From Psammoneis japonica (lineage: Eukaryota): a stretch of 63,044 nucleotides of DNA. The translations under genes were made by a program, and so were the position numbers. Positions 1 through 13,600 of this stretch are shown one piece after another. Below the pieces are notes generated by a model. That model was not told where the DNA came from. It ran no database searches and saw nothing but the letters and a program-made list of their open reading frames with translations. The stretch covers positions 1 to 63,044 of the forward strand of contig QPGO01000309.1 in NCBI GenBank assembly GCA_008632985.1, in the 5' to 3' direction. Numbering within the stretch: the stretch's first letter is position 1; each line of letters opens with the position of its first letter.

Positions 1-2064
1 CTTTGGTTGGTGCATCAGTGTGGCAAGTTTGTGCTTCTGTGTGATGCAGAAGTTTTTGTCACCACAGGTGGATTGAGTTTCTGTGGAGCTGTTTTGGTTC
101 CCATTGCAGTTGAAAATTTTCTGTCATGGATGGGCCTTTTGAAAGACTCCCTTTGGGTGCAGTTTGGGCACAACCCAGGAGTGCTTTTGGAGCATTCTGA
201 GAATGGCAAGAAAACAGGAATGATGAAATGTGTTTTTTGTTGAACAGCATCTCAGTTTTGGAGCTGTTGGAGAGTGTCATGGACCCCACTTGGTGTCAAT
301 CTGGCCTGGCAGTTGTGACACAACAGCATGACTCACAGCTGCCGCAGCTCAAAACTGTTGAGGCCATTGTTTTTCTTAGAAAAAAGGAAACCTGTTTTGG
401 CAGGTGTGCCTTTTGGCAATGTGTCCATCAAATCCACACAAGTTTTGCACTGCTGTGCCACACTTGGGCAGTTTCAACAGCAGCACGGTCACAGCGGCAC
501 ATCATCCACCCCAGCGGCTGATTGCATGGCTCCAAAGTTGACTCTCAGCATGAATCAGTGCATTTGAGAACATTCTTGGAATGCTGTTTGGAGCACTTTT
601 GGAGCAGCTTTGGTGCAATCTGCAAGAGAATCTTCAAAAAATTTGCTGCGCACAAACAGTCCCCCCAAAGGGGGCTTTTTTTGGTTTTGGCACTTGGAGT
701 CATTTGGCAGGGCTTGAATTTGAGATGGAGCATTCCTCAAAAAGTTGAGGGTGAGAGGGTCATGAATGACCCAACTCAAAGTTCTCATCACCAGGATTGA
801 AGCAAGCTTGGCACAGGTCCGCCAATTGCCACGTGAATGATCACGCAAAAGGCGCAAACCTTGAGGATGGATTTCTTTGAAACAGACACAAAAAACATCC
901 AGCACCATTCAAAATGAGATTTGTTGGGTTCTTCCTTGGCAAAAATGCAGAAAATTCAAACTTTTGCAAAATCAACAGAGGCTGAAGCTTTGGAAAGACC
1001 GCACTGTTTGAAAATGAGGGAGAAAACAAGTGAAAATTTGATTTTTCCTGCATCCCCCTGGGCTCCCCTGCTGGTCATTGTGTGGCATGGATTCAAAATG
1101 GTTTTGTGTGCTTGCGTGTGTGCATGCCACATTCCACCACATGATGCAGCAGTGGAGGCGCTGAAGAAAAGACTCAAGACTTTGACCATGGCAAGCAAAT
1201 CATTTGTGGCAGTGTCAATCTTGATGGTTGAGTGGCAACCACATCTGAACAGTCTTTTCAAACCCCATTGGAGGCATGTGGTGCAGTGCTTGCCGCTTGA
1301 ATTTTTCCTTCAGATGTGTTTTTCCCACCCACTGATTCTCATGCATTTTTGCTGTTGTTGCCTCCAAGTCAGCTGAAGGTTGTGAGTGCCTCTGTGACCA
1401 AAGCACATGAAAGGTTTGCACACTCATTGAATGATTGCTTCAATGAAAGCAGTGGTGTGGATGGAGTCACCTCCGGACATTTGTGCTGGTTGGTCATGTG
1501 CCGCCATGCTTTGTGCTTTTGTGTGGCAACAAAGTGCCACCAACTCTGGCAATTGCTCAGTTGCGACTTCATCAATGTTTTGATTTGAGAGGTGAGTGCA
1601 CATGAAATGTCTTGATTGATCCCATGGGAAGGATGTCAGTGGGTGATTGCCACTCAAGCTGTCAATTGTTGCACTTTTGCCAACCCTTTTTTTGCTCTCT
1701 GTCAAAGTTTCTGCCGCAGTTGCATCGACCGGCAATGCCATTTCCATGGCTCAAGTTGGAGTGCATCAGATGCAATTTTGCCTGTTCACTCTTGCACACA
1801 TGGAAGATGACAGGGTGAGGTGCTGTCTGGATTCTTGAGGTGGTCCCACATGAGCAGAAACAAACACAGATCCACCTGGAACTGGCTTGCCAGCTGCTCA
1901 ACTTGACAACCATGTCTGCTCAGGCTGCAAGAAGATTCATGACATGTTGTCATCAAACCAACAGTGCCTCATCATGAGTCCCCAAGTGCAGTGATTGTGG
2001 GTGATTGGAGCTGAAAGCAAAGTGCAACAAGTGTTTGAGATGCTGGAAGCTGTTGGGCTGGAGG

Positions 2065-2460
2065 ACTTTGCTTTGTTTTCACAAGGTGCTCTGGAGTCAG
2101 TCAACTCCACTTCAAGTTGGTCTGGAATCAGTTGACTCTGCTTTGCTTTGTTTTCACAAGGTGGTGGTCTGGAATTGGTTGTTTCCACTCCACTTCATTT
2201 CAGCAGGGTGGTCTGGAATCCATTGGTTGATGCATCACTTCACTTTGTTTTTGCAAAAGTTGGTCTGTGAATTGGTTGATTCTGCTTCACTTTTCATTTG
2301 TGTGAGGTGGTCTGGAATGTGTTGATTCCACTTCAGTTTGTTTTTGCAAAAGGTGGTCTGGAATGATTGGTTGATTCCTCCACTTTGTTTTTGCATGAAG
2401 TGGTCTGGAGTCTGTTGGTCAATGCTGCTTTGCTGCATTGGAAAACAACCAACTCTGCTT
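2065..2460. repeat. Degenerate tandem repeat, roughly 8 units of about 45-50 bp
   Basis: Recurring core (g/t)tggtctggaat..ggttgattc..cactt...tgtttt. Confidence 0.7.
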
Positions 2461-2819
2461 TGTCTCATGTTTGCAAGGTGGTTGGAAATCCATCGGTCCA
2501 TGCAGTGTCATTGCATTTTCATGAGTTGGGCCAAAAACAACCATGTCTGTTTTGCCTTGTGTTCAAAAGATTTTCATTTGCAAGTTGGGCTGAAAACAGC
2601 CATTTCCACCTTGCCTCATTTTTGCAAGTTGGGCTGAAAATGGCTGACTCTGGGTGTGATGTTCAGACACCTGGAGCTGGCATCACAAACAGCAAAATGG
2701 CACAACTGCAATTGATTGATTTTTGCAGCAAGCACCATGTTGGTCTCATGGCTGCTCCCGCAATTGCTGAGTTCTTTGTGTGTGTGTGTGTGTGTGTGTG
2801 GTTGGGTGGGTGGGTGGAT

Positions 2820-3225
2820 GATGGGTTCCAATTCTGGGTGGGACTCCGTGTGACATTGGGCACGCAGAATTCTGCGTGCAAGCTCCGCAGCAAATTTGTT
2901 GAGCAATGAAAATGTGAATGATCGCCAACAGAAAAAGAGGCAATTTCATGAACGTGTCTCCTCCTTCACACTTGCAGCACTTGCAGCACATCAATGACAG
3001 TTTGCATGGGTGGGTTCTGCAGACATTAAAGAACACACCCAGCACATTTTCATTGTCACAAATGTTGAAAATGGAAAGCCTTTGGCTTTGCAAGACAGGA
3101 AGTGTGAAACAATTTCATAGAATGTCACACGCAACCATCTGCGTGCACGACATGTGGCGCGATCCAAAAAACTGTTGATGTCACAGCTCAGCAGTGCGAG
3201 GTCCCACCTGGAGCTGGAATGCGTT
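2820..3225. mobile_element. MITE family copy A, inserted in a (TG)n/(TGGG)n tract
   Basis: Ends gatgggttccaattctgggtggga ... tcccacctggagctggaatgcgtt. Internal homology to copies at 19107, 19277, 46498 and 51324. Confidence 0.85.
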
Positions 3226-3329
3226 GGGTGTGGGTGTGCGTGTGGGTGTGTGGGTGTGGGTGTGCGCATGTGGGTGGGTGTGCGTGTGTGTTTGCAAACA
3301 TTGACCAGAGCAGCGGCCCATTGAAGACA

Positions 3330-3922
3330 AGTCATTGGACAATGCACATCTGATCACAGGGGTGCAACATGTTGGCTGAGCACACAGACATTCAAGCAAC
3401 GGCACAATGACAAACACAATTGGATGAATGACTTGTCACTCAGAGGTGACATGTGGAGGGGGTTCATGAAGGCAGCGAATCATGTCATTGACCCCCAAGC
3501 ATGCCTCCCACACCTGGCAAACCACAACAGGTTCAAGGCTCTGCAAGCGCAAGCATGGGCTGACTGCATGAGAGCCCACAACCAAGCACCTTCTGCGCCA
3601 GCTGCCTTCAATGGGGACATCATTGCCAAGTGGACAGCGTGCCTTGCAGAGTTGGAGCAGCTCAAGGCAGCAGATTCAGATGATGATGCCAATGCTGCCA
3701 CAGAGCTTGGGCACCCACATGATTGGCCAACCTTCCAGGAGCTGTTGGAGACCAAGCTTTGCCGCCGCCGCAATGCTGTTGCAGGTGCCCCACTTGTCTG
3801 CTTGACTGGGGAGCATGAAGCTGTCACCACGGACATGTTGACTGCCACCTGTGGCGCCATTGACAAGGACCTTGTTTACACCACCCAATTGGATAGAGCC
3901 CAGCACTTGCAGGACCACAAGC
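3330..3922 (+). pseudogene. Decayed gag-like fragment of an LTR retrotransposon (probably Copia/CoDi type)
   Basis: ORF 3424-4020 contains DWPTFQELLETKL..GAPLVCLT, resembling diatom Copia gag W..F.E.L....L...G.PL.Y with Y>C. Truncated by a MITE end at 3923. Confidence 0.45.
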
Positions 3923-3990
3923 AATGCGTTCCAGATGCAGGTGGGAATCCGTGTGACATTGGACTTGTTCCAGACTTAGGTGGCGCGCAC
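3923..3990. mobile_element. Truncated MITE end followed by a second related TIR-like end (gacttgttccagacttaggtgg at 3962)
   Basis: aatgcgttccagatgcaggtgggaatccgtgtgacattgg matches the MITE terminus. No partner end was found. Confidence 0.6.
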
Positions 3991-4953
3991 ATGTACATGC
4001 CCCTTTTCGCAGAAAAATAAATTTTTTATCCTTTATACAACAACGAATATATTTCATTAAATTGATCACATTAATGGCTTGGAAGTAAAACAAACAGAAT
4101 AAACTCGAACAAACAAACAGCCAAACCGGCCATGGCTTTCAGTGACCATGACGGCCCACTTTTTTCAGCCTTGTGGAAAATTGAATGTCATGACCAGGAT
4201 CTCCGTATTTGATATAGTCTGTGTCATCAACAACAATAGTGAAAATGCTTGTTGAAGGCTGCAGCGCGGCACAATAATGCTAAATCTGTCAACAACAACA
4301 ATTGAGCCTCAATTGTCTCACAATTTGCCTCTAAGGACCATTTCTTTTCAATTACCATGTATATTTCCTCAATATATTCGAATGATTCAAGTGTGTCAAT
4401 CGTTTATGCCTTTTAAACCGTGAAAAATGGTCCGAAGTCGACGCCATTGCGTGGGCTGAGCTACACTTCTTCTCACGTCGTCCTAAACTTATTAATCAAC
4501 GTATGCTTTATTCGATCCGTTGAGTGTAACTAGTATTTGCGTATTATAGCAAAATGTTAATTATGCTATGTTAAAGACTATATTTATATGTGTGAATAAT
4601 ATTTTACATGTTTCTTGCTACATGAAGGCACACATAAATCGCTCATCGGAAAAATTGAAAATTTGGGGAAAAAAAACGAACGACGACGACTCCTCGCATC
4701 AGCGCCTCGATCCTGCTATTTCACTTTATTCTTTTTGCAGCTCTTGTGCAATTACTCTCTCGATTCGTGTGCCATCTATCGTTGGCTTCCATTGCATTGG
4801 CGACTCATTCTTTTGTCACGTTTCAACGCAACCACACACTTGCACAAACAGCCCATTCTCTTCTTGCGCCTTTTGTGCTGCACCTCTTTGTTGTGCGTGT
4901 GTGCGTGGACGGGTTCGCACGTGATGCAATGCTCGGTGTACGTGATTGTATCA

Positions 4954-4962
4954 ACAGCAGCA

Positions 4963-4992
<30 letters not shown>
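4954..4992 (+). repeat. (CAG)n microsatellite immediately upstream of the LRR gene ATG
   Basis: cagcagcag... run ending at gcATG 4993. Confidence 0.9.
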
Positions 4993-4994
<2 letters not shown>

Positions 4995-7900
4995 GCAACT
5001 CGAAGATGCCTGCAGCCGTCTCCGGGAAAATGATCCCACATTGACAGTGCTCGATCTACGCCGCAACCAAATTGGTGACGCCGGTGCAATTGCGCTCGCA
5101 GCGGCACTCCAACACAACACTACATTGAGAAGGCTCTGTCTTGGCCTCAACCAAATTGGCAACGACGGTGTAAAAGCGCTCACAACAGCTCTCAAAACCA
5201 ACACGACATTGGAACAGCTGGAACTTCACGGCAACCAAATTGGCAACGACTGTGCAAGAGCGCTCGCCACGGCTCTCAAAACCAACACTACATTGAAAGT
5301 GCTCCATCTTGGGAACAACCAAGTTGGTGACGACGGTGCAAATGCGCTTGCAACGGCACTTGCAACCAACGCCACGTTCAAAGAGCTCCTTCTTTCCAAC
5401 AACCAAGTTGGTGACAACGGTGCAAGAGCGTTCGCAGTGGCACTCGAAACCAACACGGCATTGGAGTGTCTCGATCTTTGTTACAACCAAGTTGGTGACG
5501 ACGGTGCAAGAGCGTTCGCAGTGGCACTTGAAAACAACGCCACGTTCAAAGAGCTCCTTCTTTCCAACAACCAAGTTGGTGACGATGGTGCAAGAGCGTT
5601 CGCAGTGGCACTCGAAAACAACGCCACATTGAAAACGCTCGATCTTTCCAACAACCAAATTGGTGACAACGGTGCAAGAGCGTTCGCAACGGCACTCGAA
5701 ACCAACACGACATTGACACGGCTCAATCTTGGCTGCAACCAAGTTGGCAACGACGGTGCAAGAGCGATGCTGCAAATGCTGAAGCAACACAATCGGAGTT
5801 TGATGAGCTTGAACTTGCTTGGCGACATGTGCATTTCCGAAAATTTGAAAAACAAAATTGATGCGTTGGTGAAGCACAACATGAAAAAGACTCGAAATCC
5901 GACGCCTCGGCCATTGACTCGTACGTTGTTGCGCTTTTATGGTCTGAATGCTTTTATGGTGTGATTTTGTAAAGTACATGACAATGCAAAGAGTGTTTCT
6001 GACGCGACCTTTTCCCATTTTTATCTCTTTTTTTTTTAGGAGAAGAGTGCGCAGAGAAGAATTTGCCAATTTCAGCTCGCAACGGCGACTGGGAATGGCT
6101 GGCGGGACTCCTTGATGATGCTGTAAATGTGGGTGCAGTTGACAGTGACGGCTCGACTACACTTTACCATGCCAGTCAACAAGGAAAAGTGGAATCCGCA
6201 AAAATCTTAATGGACCGCGGAGCAAAAGTAAATGCCAGATGTAAAGGAGGAAAGACGCCTCTCATGGCTGCATCCAAGAATGGGCACGATGAGGTCGTCC
6301 AGCTGCTTTTGGATCATGGAGCTGATGCCGATCTTAAAGTCGGCCTGTTTCGCAAACAGAGTGCGCTCGACATGGCCGTACGAAAAGGCCATTCCCAAGT
6401 AGTTTCGATTCTGAAATAAGCGCGCAAGTCGACGCCAAAACCAGGAAAGACGAAAGGCAATGACACAGTGACTCGTACGTTGTTGTGTATTTTTTTTTTC
6501 GTTTTACCCCCGGAATGCCACTGTGGGGTTCTGTAAAGTGTAAAAATGCAAACGAGTGTTTCTCACACGACCTTTCCTTGATCCTCCTCATCTCTTGTTT
6601 GTAGGAGAAGCAGAAGAGCAACAACATTGTGAAGAAGAGGAACCACGACGACTTGCGCAGAAAGTCACAGAGCAACAACAGCGCCAAGAGGCGGCGGGAA
6701 AATTTCGGCTCAAGCAGGAAGCAGCTGAACAACTTCGCCGTAAACAAGAAGAGGAAGCGGGAAAATTGCAGCGTGAAAGCAAAGCGGCAGACAGTCACCT
6801 TGTCCAAGAATAGCAGCAGGAGCCAATAATTCGAAATCCATCGCCTCGGCCACAAATGACTCGTACGTCACTTTTTCGGTGTTGCTACCGGAATGCTGTG
6901 GTGTGACATTGCAAAGCATGAAATGCATGTGGTTTTTCTCATGCTGGCTTTCTATTTCTGTCGCTTTTTATAGGAGAACAAGTCGATGCGAGACGAGAAC
7001 AACTTGCACTCGACGAAGTCTACCGCCGTCTTCGGGAAAATGATCCCACATTGACAACGCTCGATCTTTCCAGGAGCGATATTGGCGACGCTGAAGCAGA
7101 AGCGCTCGCAGCGGCACTCAAGAACAACACCACATTAGAAGAGCTCATTCTTGAAGACAACCAAATTGGTGACGACGGCACAGCAGCACTCGCAGCGGTG
7201 CTCCAAACCAACTCCACATTGCAAGTGCTCTATCTTGGCAGCAACCAAATTGGTGACGAAGGTGCATGCGCGCTAGCAACGGCACTCGTAACCAACACCA
7301 CGCTGCGAGTGCTCCATCTTGGCGACAACCGAATTGGTGCCAACGGTGCAAAAGCGCTCGCAGAGGCACTCGAAACCAACTCCTCATTGCAAGATCTGTA
7401 TCTTCGGAACAACCGAGTTGGTGACAGTGGTGCGAAAGCGCTCGCAACGGCACTCAAGACCAACACCGCATTGCGAGAGCTCGATGTGTGGAGCAACCAA
7501 ATTGGTGACGATGGTGCCAAAGCATTGCTGCAGACGCTTCAACAGCACAATGGGACTTTGACTTACTTAGGATTGAATAGTGACGATGGCATTTCCGATG
7601 ATTTGAAAAGCGACATTTCGGAAGTAGTGAAACACAACGAGTACACAACTCGAAATCCGCCGCCTCGGCCAACGGTAACTCGTAAGTTGCTTTTTGGGTT
7701 TTCGGTTTGACAAGCAGACGAACGTAATGACTGATTCTTCTCATATCTATTTCATTGTCTTTTAAACTTGCATTTGTGCGATCGTTGAAGAGTCCCATCA
7801 TATCTTAGGCTTTCAGCCCAACACCACGTTGGATCGGAGCGGTTATCGGACAAGTTGGCTATCTCCGGGGAATGCTGAACTCGATGTCGGCGATTTGTTG

Positions 7901-9961
7901 GTGAGCTCCGCGACAGCGGAGTCCAGAGGGCCCTCTGGCTCTCCCTCGAAAGACCTCCCATTATTTTTTCTTTCTCACACTTCTGGGATAGACAGCGGCA
8001 AGGAGGAAATCATTCGTCCAACCTACTGGTTGCTGACGAAATATCTAGAGCTTCCGGTCTTTTTTGACGAAGCCATCCCTGTTGGGCAAGATGTGTTGTC
8101 ATACAGGAGGAAGGCGGCCAGCGAATGCACACATGCGATGGTCCTCCTGTCACCACGCTATCGGCAACGTAGGTGGTGTGTCAAAGAACTCAACACTTTC
8201 ATGAAACGACGGCAGAATGCTGAACGCCCGCTTTCGTTGGTGCCTGTTACATGGGGTTGGGAGACGGATACGGGTAGGCGAGACAGCTTGGAAGGTTACG
8301 CAAATCAGGTTCGGGACTTGGCTTGGATTCAGCCAGAAACCCCCGACGCTGCGCTCTTCCTTGTCAATACCCTTTGGCCCCTTCTAATCCAGCTTTTCAA
8401 TCTCTCCGTGGAAGCGTCGATTGAAGATTTACTTGTTCAGTACGCGGAAGAAAACAGAGGAATATCTTCCATCCCGCTCAGTCTAGAAAGTTTTGTTCAA
8501 GCCCGGTTCCGTTTCGCAAGAAAATGGACCAAGCTGCCATCTCCGGTTACCCCAAGAGTTGCATGTGGTGTGGCTCTTTGGGGGGATTTCAAAATCATTC
8601 TCGTGGGTGGTCAGAGGAGGAAGAAAGCAGCTGCTGTTACCGAGTCTTTGCAGGCACTCCGATCAGTCGAAGTGTTTGATGCGACCACGCAAGAGTGGTC
8701 TGAACTTCCGAGCCTCCAAACTTCTCGATATCACTGCTCCGCGGTAGTGGTGGGAGAGTTTTTGCATGTGTTCGGGGGCTACGATGGCTCGGTCACCCTC
8801 AATGATATGGAGGTTTTAAGCCTTCGAGGTATCGATAGCCAATTTGAGGTGGTCAACGGATATCTGCCGGAAGGACGGCGCCAAATGGGTGCTCTTGGAT
8901 TCGAGGAATCAGTTATGCTATTTGGCGGACGTTTGAACCCTTTCGGAACCAATGCATGGCTTGCGCAGGTTCGAGATCGAACTGTGGCGGCTCTAGACAG
9001 CTTGACCTTGGGGCGCGCTTGTCCCGTTGTTTTGCCACACAAAACCGATGTTTTCGTAATTGGAGGGCAAGGCGAAGACGGGACCTGGCTCAGCTCGGTT
9101 GAAGTCTATGATATTCTCACGAATAGTCGTAGTAGCAAGAAAATACCAAACATGCCAATAAGCGGAGAACGCGTTCTCAGTGCGTACGTTAAGGAGGAGG
9201 ATGGCAATAGTGCGCTTGTCATTCATTTCGAACGAGGTGTCTATACTTTTGACTTTCGGGAATCAACCTGGTCTTCAGAGGTAGAACAAAAATGGTGGGG
9301 CGGTGGAAGAAAAATTGACCAATGCGTTTATTCTGATGCACAAGCCTGTCTCGTTTGCGTGAATGCCGCTGCGAATCTTGAGTTGTTTAAGTTACCAGAA
9401 GAGATCCATCAAGATGACTTGTACTCAACGGCGCTCATCGGCGGTAGCCCCAAACCTGTTGGTGAGCTGAGCGTTGATTATGTCTCCGACCCAGGCAAGG
9501 CGTGGCCCATGAGGAAGAGCAACTGCCGCCCGTTGGTCTATCTTGCTCATCGTGGGCCGGATGCGAAGAAGGATATCGCTGGACCGATTTGCGATCATCT
9601 TGAAAAGATTCACGGCGTTGATGTCTTCTTTGACGAGAAGAAAATGCCAATCGGCGACGACAAAATGCACACGCTCGTTTCAAAAGCACATGAGTGCACT
9701 CACGCCTTAGTGATACTTTCTCCAACATTTCGTGAGAGTGAATACTGCGTCAAAGAGCTAAATACCTTTATGGCTCGCTGGGAGAAAGGTAACGGGTTCC
9801 GCCTCTTTTTGTCTCTGTGGAATGTTGACGATGTAGATGGATACGCCCCGGTGGTGAACGACGTGATCGGTCATAGAGTTGCGGGTGCAAACAAGGTCCA
9901 CTACATAGTGTCTTTGTACACCAAGCTCGAGGAGTTTCTGCCAGCTACCACCAACTGGTAA
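4993..9961 (+). CDS. Five-exon LRR(RI/NLRC3-like)-ankyrin-coiled coil-LRR-TIR-Kelch-TIR gene. Exons 4993-5920, 6040-6474, 6605-6862, 6974-7681, 7809-9961. In-frame stops in exon 2 (TAA 6417) and exon 3 (TAG 6811).
   Basis: GT..AG introns join all ORF-track pieces in frame (all phase 1). 28-aa LxxLxLxxNQIGDxGA repeats. Ankyrin GKTPLMAASKNGH. TIR motifs FFLSH..VFFDE..LSP..WCVKEL and YLAHRGPD..VFFDE..LSP..YCVKEL. Kelch GG/W repeats. Confidence 0.85.
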
Positions 9962-10624
9962 GCACAAACAACGCAGCAACTTCGATGTGTCCGTTCTGAA
10001 CAAAGAATTGAAAAAGCGAACCAATCGGGCCATCAGGTTCCTCTGTGGGAAGAAGAAGAGGGCAGCACCAGTCTTGATGTTCGCATTCACGGTATGGTAT
10101 GTTGTATCGTTTTCTGGTAAGTCACAGCAATCACTCCTTCTTAGCGTTTATCGATTCGGTTGCCGCTAATTCATCCTGCTACATGGCATTCTCAAAAGGT
10201 AGAGAAAGGCATTCCTGGTGGATATTGGTAATCCGGGAGATTCAATTTTCAATTTGCCAAAGGTAAAAATGTTCCTGGTTGATTTGTACACTGGGAGATT
10301 TTGAGAATGGAGTGGGACTTGTCCAAGAGATTGACAGAGGCGGATGCCGTTCTGACCACGGGAGAGTTGGATAATTGAGTGCCATTTGCGGTTCTAGTTC
10401 GCCACTCAGACCAAACTCGTGTCATCTGAGAGTTAAAGGGATGACGGTGTATTTCTAAACAGACAGGTCTGCTGTAGCTGCTGACAACGCTGTGTCCGTT
10501 TTCCATCTACCTTGTACGTAGTGGTGTGGCCTTGGTTTAGAGCAAGCTTTACGCTTTTCTACGTAAACACGAAATAGCTGTTTCCACGTGGAATTCTACT
10601 TGTCTTTTGGGCTGTAACAATGGC

Positions 10625-13600
10625 ATCACGGTGTGATGGTCCTCTCGAAGCCATCAGACAGCCGTCCAGCACTCTTCCGCCACATCACATGGCTAAACCT
10701 GAATCCATTCCTCAACTCCCTCCCAGAAACACATGAGCTGTGCTCCCCGTGCAACAAAAGGAGCATGGGCATCAAAGAGACTCCTCTCATCTTGGAGAAC
10801 TTGGCAACAACAGCAGTGAGCCTTGTGTCTCTCCAGCATGGGAGCAATGACCCTCTCCAATTCCCACTCATCATGCCACTCAGAGTTGTGCTGCACCCAG
10901 TTGCCATGGGCACATGTTGCTCCACTTCTTTGATTTTCACCACACCCCCGCACATCTGCAAGGTGTTGGCTTGCACGCAAAGCCAAGGATCCTGACACCA
11001 TTTTGTGGAGCAAAGCTGTGCACAATTTGATTGCGAAAAACAGCCAAAAGCAGCTGAGATCAAGATTTCCACCCTTTTCTGTTAAGAAATGAGGGCCAAA
11101 GTGTCCACATCCAATGCCCAAGCCAAGATGCTCCTGGGCATGACTTGGGTGTCTTGTTGCAGTCTCTCTTGACTGAGCTCCAAAGAAACATTTTGAGGGG
11201 TGGGAGGCTCCCTCTGAGGACTGGGTGGCGGATTTGATGTGGCAGCATCAGTGCTGCTCTCCCTCTGAGATGTGTTTGAGACTGTCCAGGGACTCAGTGG
11301 AAGACTCTGGTGGAAGTGGAGTCAAATTGTTGGGAGCCTGTGAGCCACAGGAGGGATCAAGGCATGCAAATGTGGTGACGATGTTGCTGGGGAGGCTGGA
11401 GGCATCAACTGGTGTCTCCCAAAAAGGCCAGTCAGCTCTGGGGACCCCAGCTAGAGTTGAAAAGTGATCCATTGACAAAAACCTGCTCTCTTCATGCTCT
11501 CTGTCCAGTCTGAATGATTTCATTTGCGTTGCCACCTCAGAAATTGCTGCTTGTCACAATGACCAAATCTCAACACACTTGGCTGCAGAAGAAGCAAGTG
11601 AGCTGTTTTGTGGTTTGGCACCAAATGGTTTGTTGCACAAGCCCAGCACAGAACTTCAAACCAGCAACAACCCCATTTGGATGAAAAAATGTTGCTTCAA
11701 CACGTGCAAGGAGCGGTGGAGAATTCTCTGCCAAGCATCCAAAGCTTTGACTGAGCAAAAAAATTCCTAAAAACACAAAAGATCTGAAGAAGCATGAAAT
11801 GAAACAAAAGCATCAGAGCCATTGAAAAGCAGCTGGAGGAGCACTCAGAGCAAAAGCCCAGCCACATGCTCCACGCTCCACTTTTCCTTGCCAACTGAGA
11901 GAAATCACAGTTGCTGCGCTGGAGATTGTTGAGCTGCAGCAACATGTTGATCCCAAGTGAGCAACAATGTGTTCTCTGCCACTTCAACATTTTCCCCCCT
12001 TGCACTCTTGGACCCCAGCACCTCAATTGTGTTTTTCCTCGAACACCTTTTATCCAGCAAATGAACACTTAAAAAAAAGGGGCATTTCAAGAATGATCAC
12101 AAAAATGCTGCTGTTCACTGCAGAAGCAAATCAAAAAGAAATCATGTGTGGTGTGAATTCCAGCTGCCTTCTGCTTGGTGGTTGAGAAGCTGATGACCAA
12201 AGCAATGGAAGCAGGAGATGTGGAAGACTTTGAGTCTTTCTCCACATTGAAAGTTGTGTGCCAGGGGGTTTGGTGCTGACAAAGGAGGTGATCTCATTTG
12301 GTTTTGTTGGCTCCAATTGCCCATTGTTGCAAGGATGGCAAAGCAGCCCATTTTGTCATGCTGCAGCACTTGCCATGGTGGAATGGGTTGCAGTGTCACA
12401 GCTTGCCAACTGGCAAACACTCTTCACAACTCTGGTTGGCTGCACCTCTCTTTGGGCCTTGTGACAGATGGCCTTTGCACACTGTCCCACACTTGTGTCA
12501 AAACCCTCAACATCTGCAAATTGCAGGTTTCACTCTGTGTCACACCGTGATCACATTGCTTGCCCCAGCAGATTGCCTTGTCCTTCTGAAGTGGTTGCTC
12601 CTGACAGATTCTTGAGCTCTTTTGGCTTGCACTCTTGACACCAGCACCCACACCTCCAGCCTGGACATTCTTCTGACATGCTTGCCAAATTTCCTTGTGG
12701 TTTCTGTGCATCCATCTGCCTGTCGACCCATCTGCAACATGCATTGTTGTGTGCATTGCATGTGTGCATCCTTGTGGGTTCATGCAAAGGACAGATCAGT
12801 CACACAGAATTGACCAGATGTCAAAAATTGCAGGTGTGGTTGTGTGATGTGATGTTGAAATCTTGTGTGTCAATGTCAATCGCACCTGGACATTCTGTTG
12901 TCACAATTGCATTTTCCGAAAGGCCTTTTGTCTGTGGAAGCAGTGCAAAAGCTTCAGGCCATTGAGAGCTCATTTGGAGAAACCCAAAATGATTGAGTGG
13001 AAATCAATCTCACAATTTTCACTTTTCACACTTCTTCTGCTTTTGTTTGTGCTCTTTCTTCAAGCACAGTGCACATCTCTTCAATGGCATCATGCACCCG
13101 CTCCTTTGAATCTTTTGTGCTTCTGTGCTCAGTTGCACACTTGCCCATTTTGTCCCAGCCATGCACAGCCTTGCTGTGACCTCTTTCAGCAGACCCCTGC
13201 AGCCACCAGACAGCATCAAGGCCCTCCAGAGACTCTTTCTTTTCCTTTGAACAGCGCCAGTCACTTTGAGCATGTGCCAACACTTTTTGGCTTTTGCGTT
13301 GGAGCATCATGGCTTGTCAGCTGGTGTGAACTCTGTCTTGCTGACCCTGAGCTCACCATGTGGCTTGCAGACACATCTCAAATGCTCTCAACCGCTGTTG
13401 TCATGTGAGCACAAGTTGCGCAACTCAACTTGAGTTGCAAACATGAGTTTGCCATGTTGTCAACAATCATCAACATTTTTTTCAATGTTGTCTGTCTGTC
13501 CTGCAAAAACCACCACTTGTCTCAACGTTCCAACAGAACAGGCCAGTTCTTGAAAAAATGGCACAAGCTGTGGAAGCTGTTGCAAAAAAATGGTGCACAC

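Larger units (their letters stand above)
1..3960. other. TpA-depleted decayed repeat/transposon domain 1 (boundary approximate)
   Basis: TA is almost absent on reading (first one at ~377). TG/CA are abundant. ORFs lack Tyr and are Cys/His-rich. TA returns abruptly after ~3970. Confidence 0.85.

Noticed and set aside
4615..4992. N-terminal extension of the LRR ORF given in the ORF track
   Set aside because: Non-ATG start and UTR-like sequence with a CAG tract. ATG 4993 aligns with the start of the homologous LRR module in exon 4.
5056..6069. 337-aa antisense ORF
   Set aside because: Shadow of the repetitive LRR coding strand.
6417..6813. Alternative genetic code (TAA/TAG read as Gln) to explain the in-frame stops
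   Set aside because: Other genes in the window end normally at TAA (e.g. 9959-9961, 24807-24809) and long ORFs contain no internal TAR codons.
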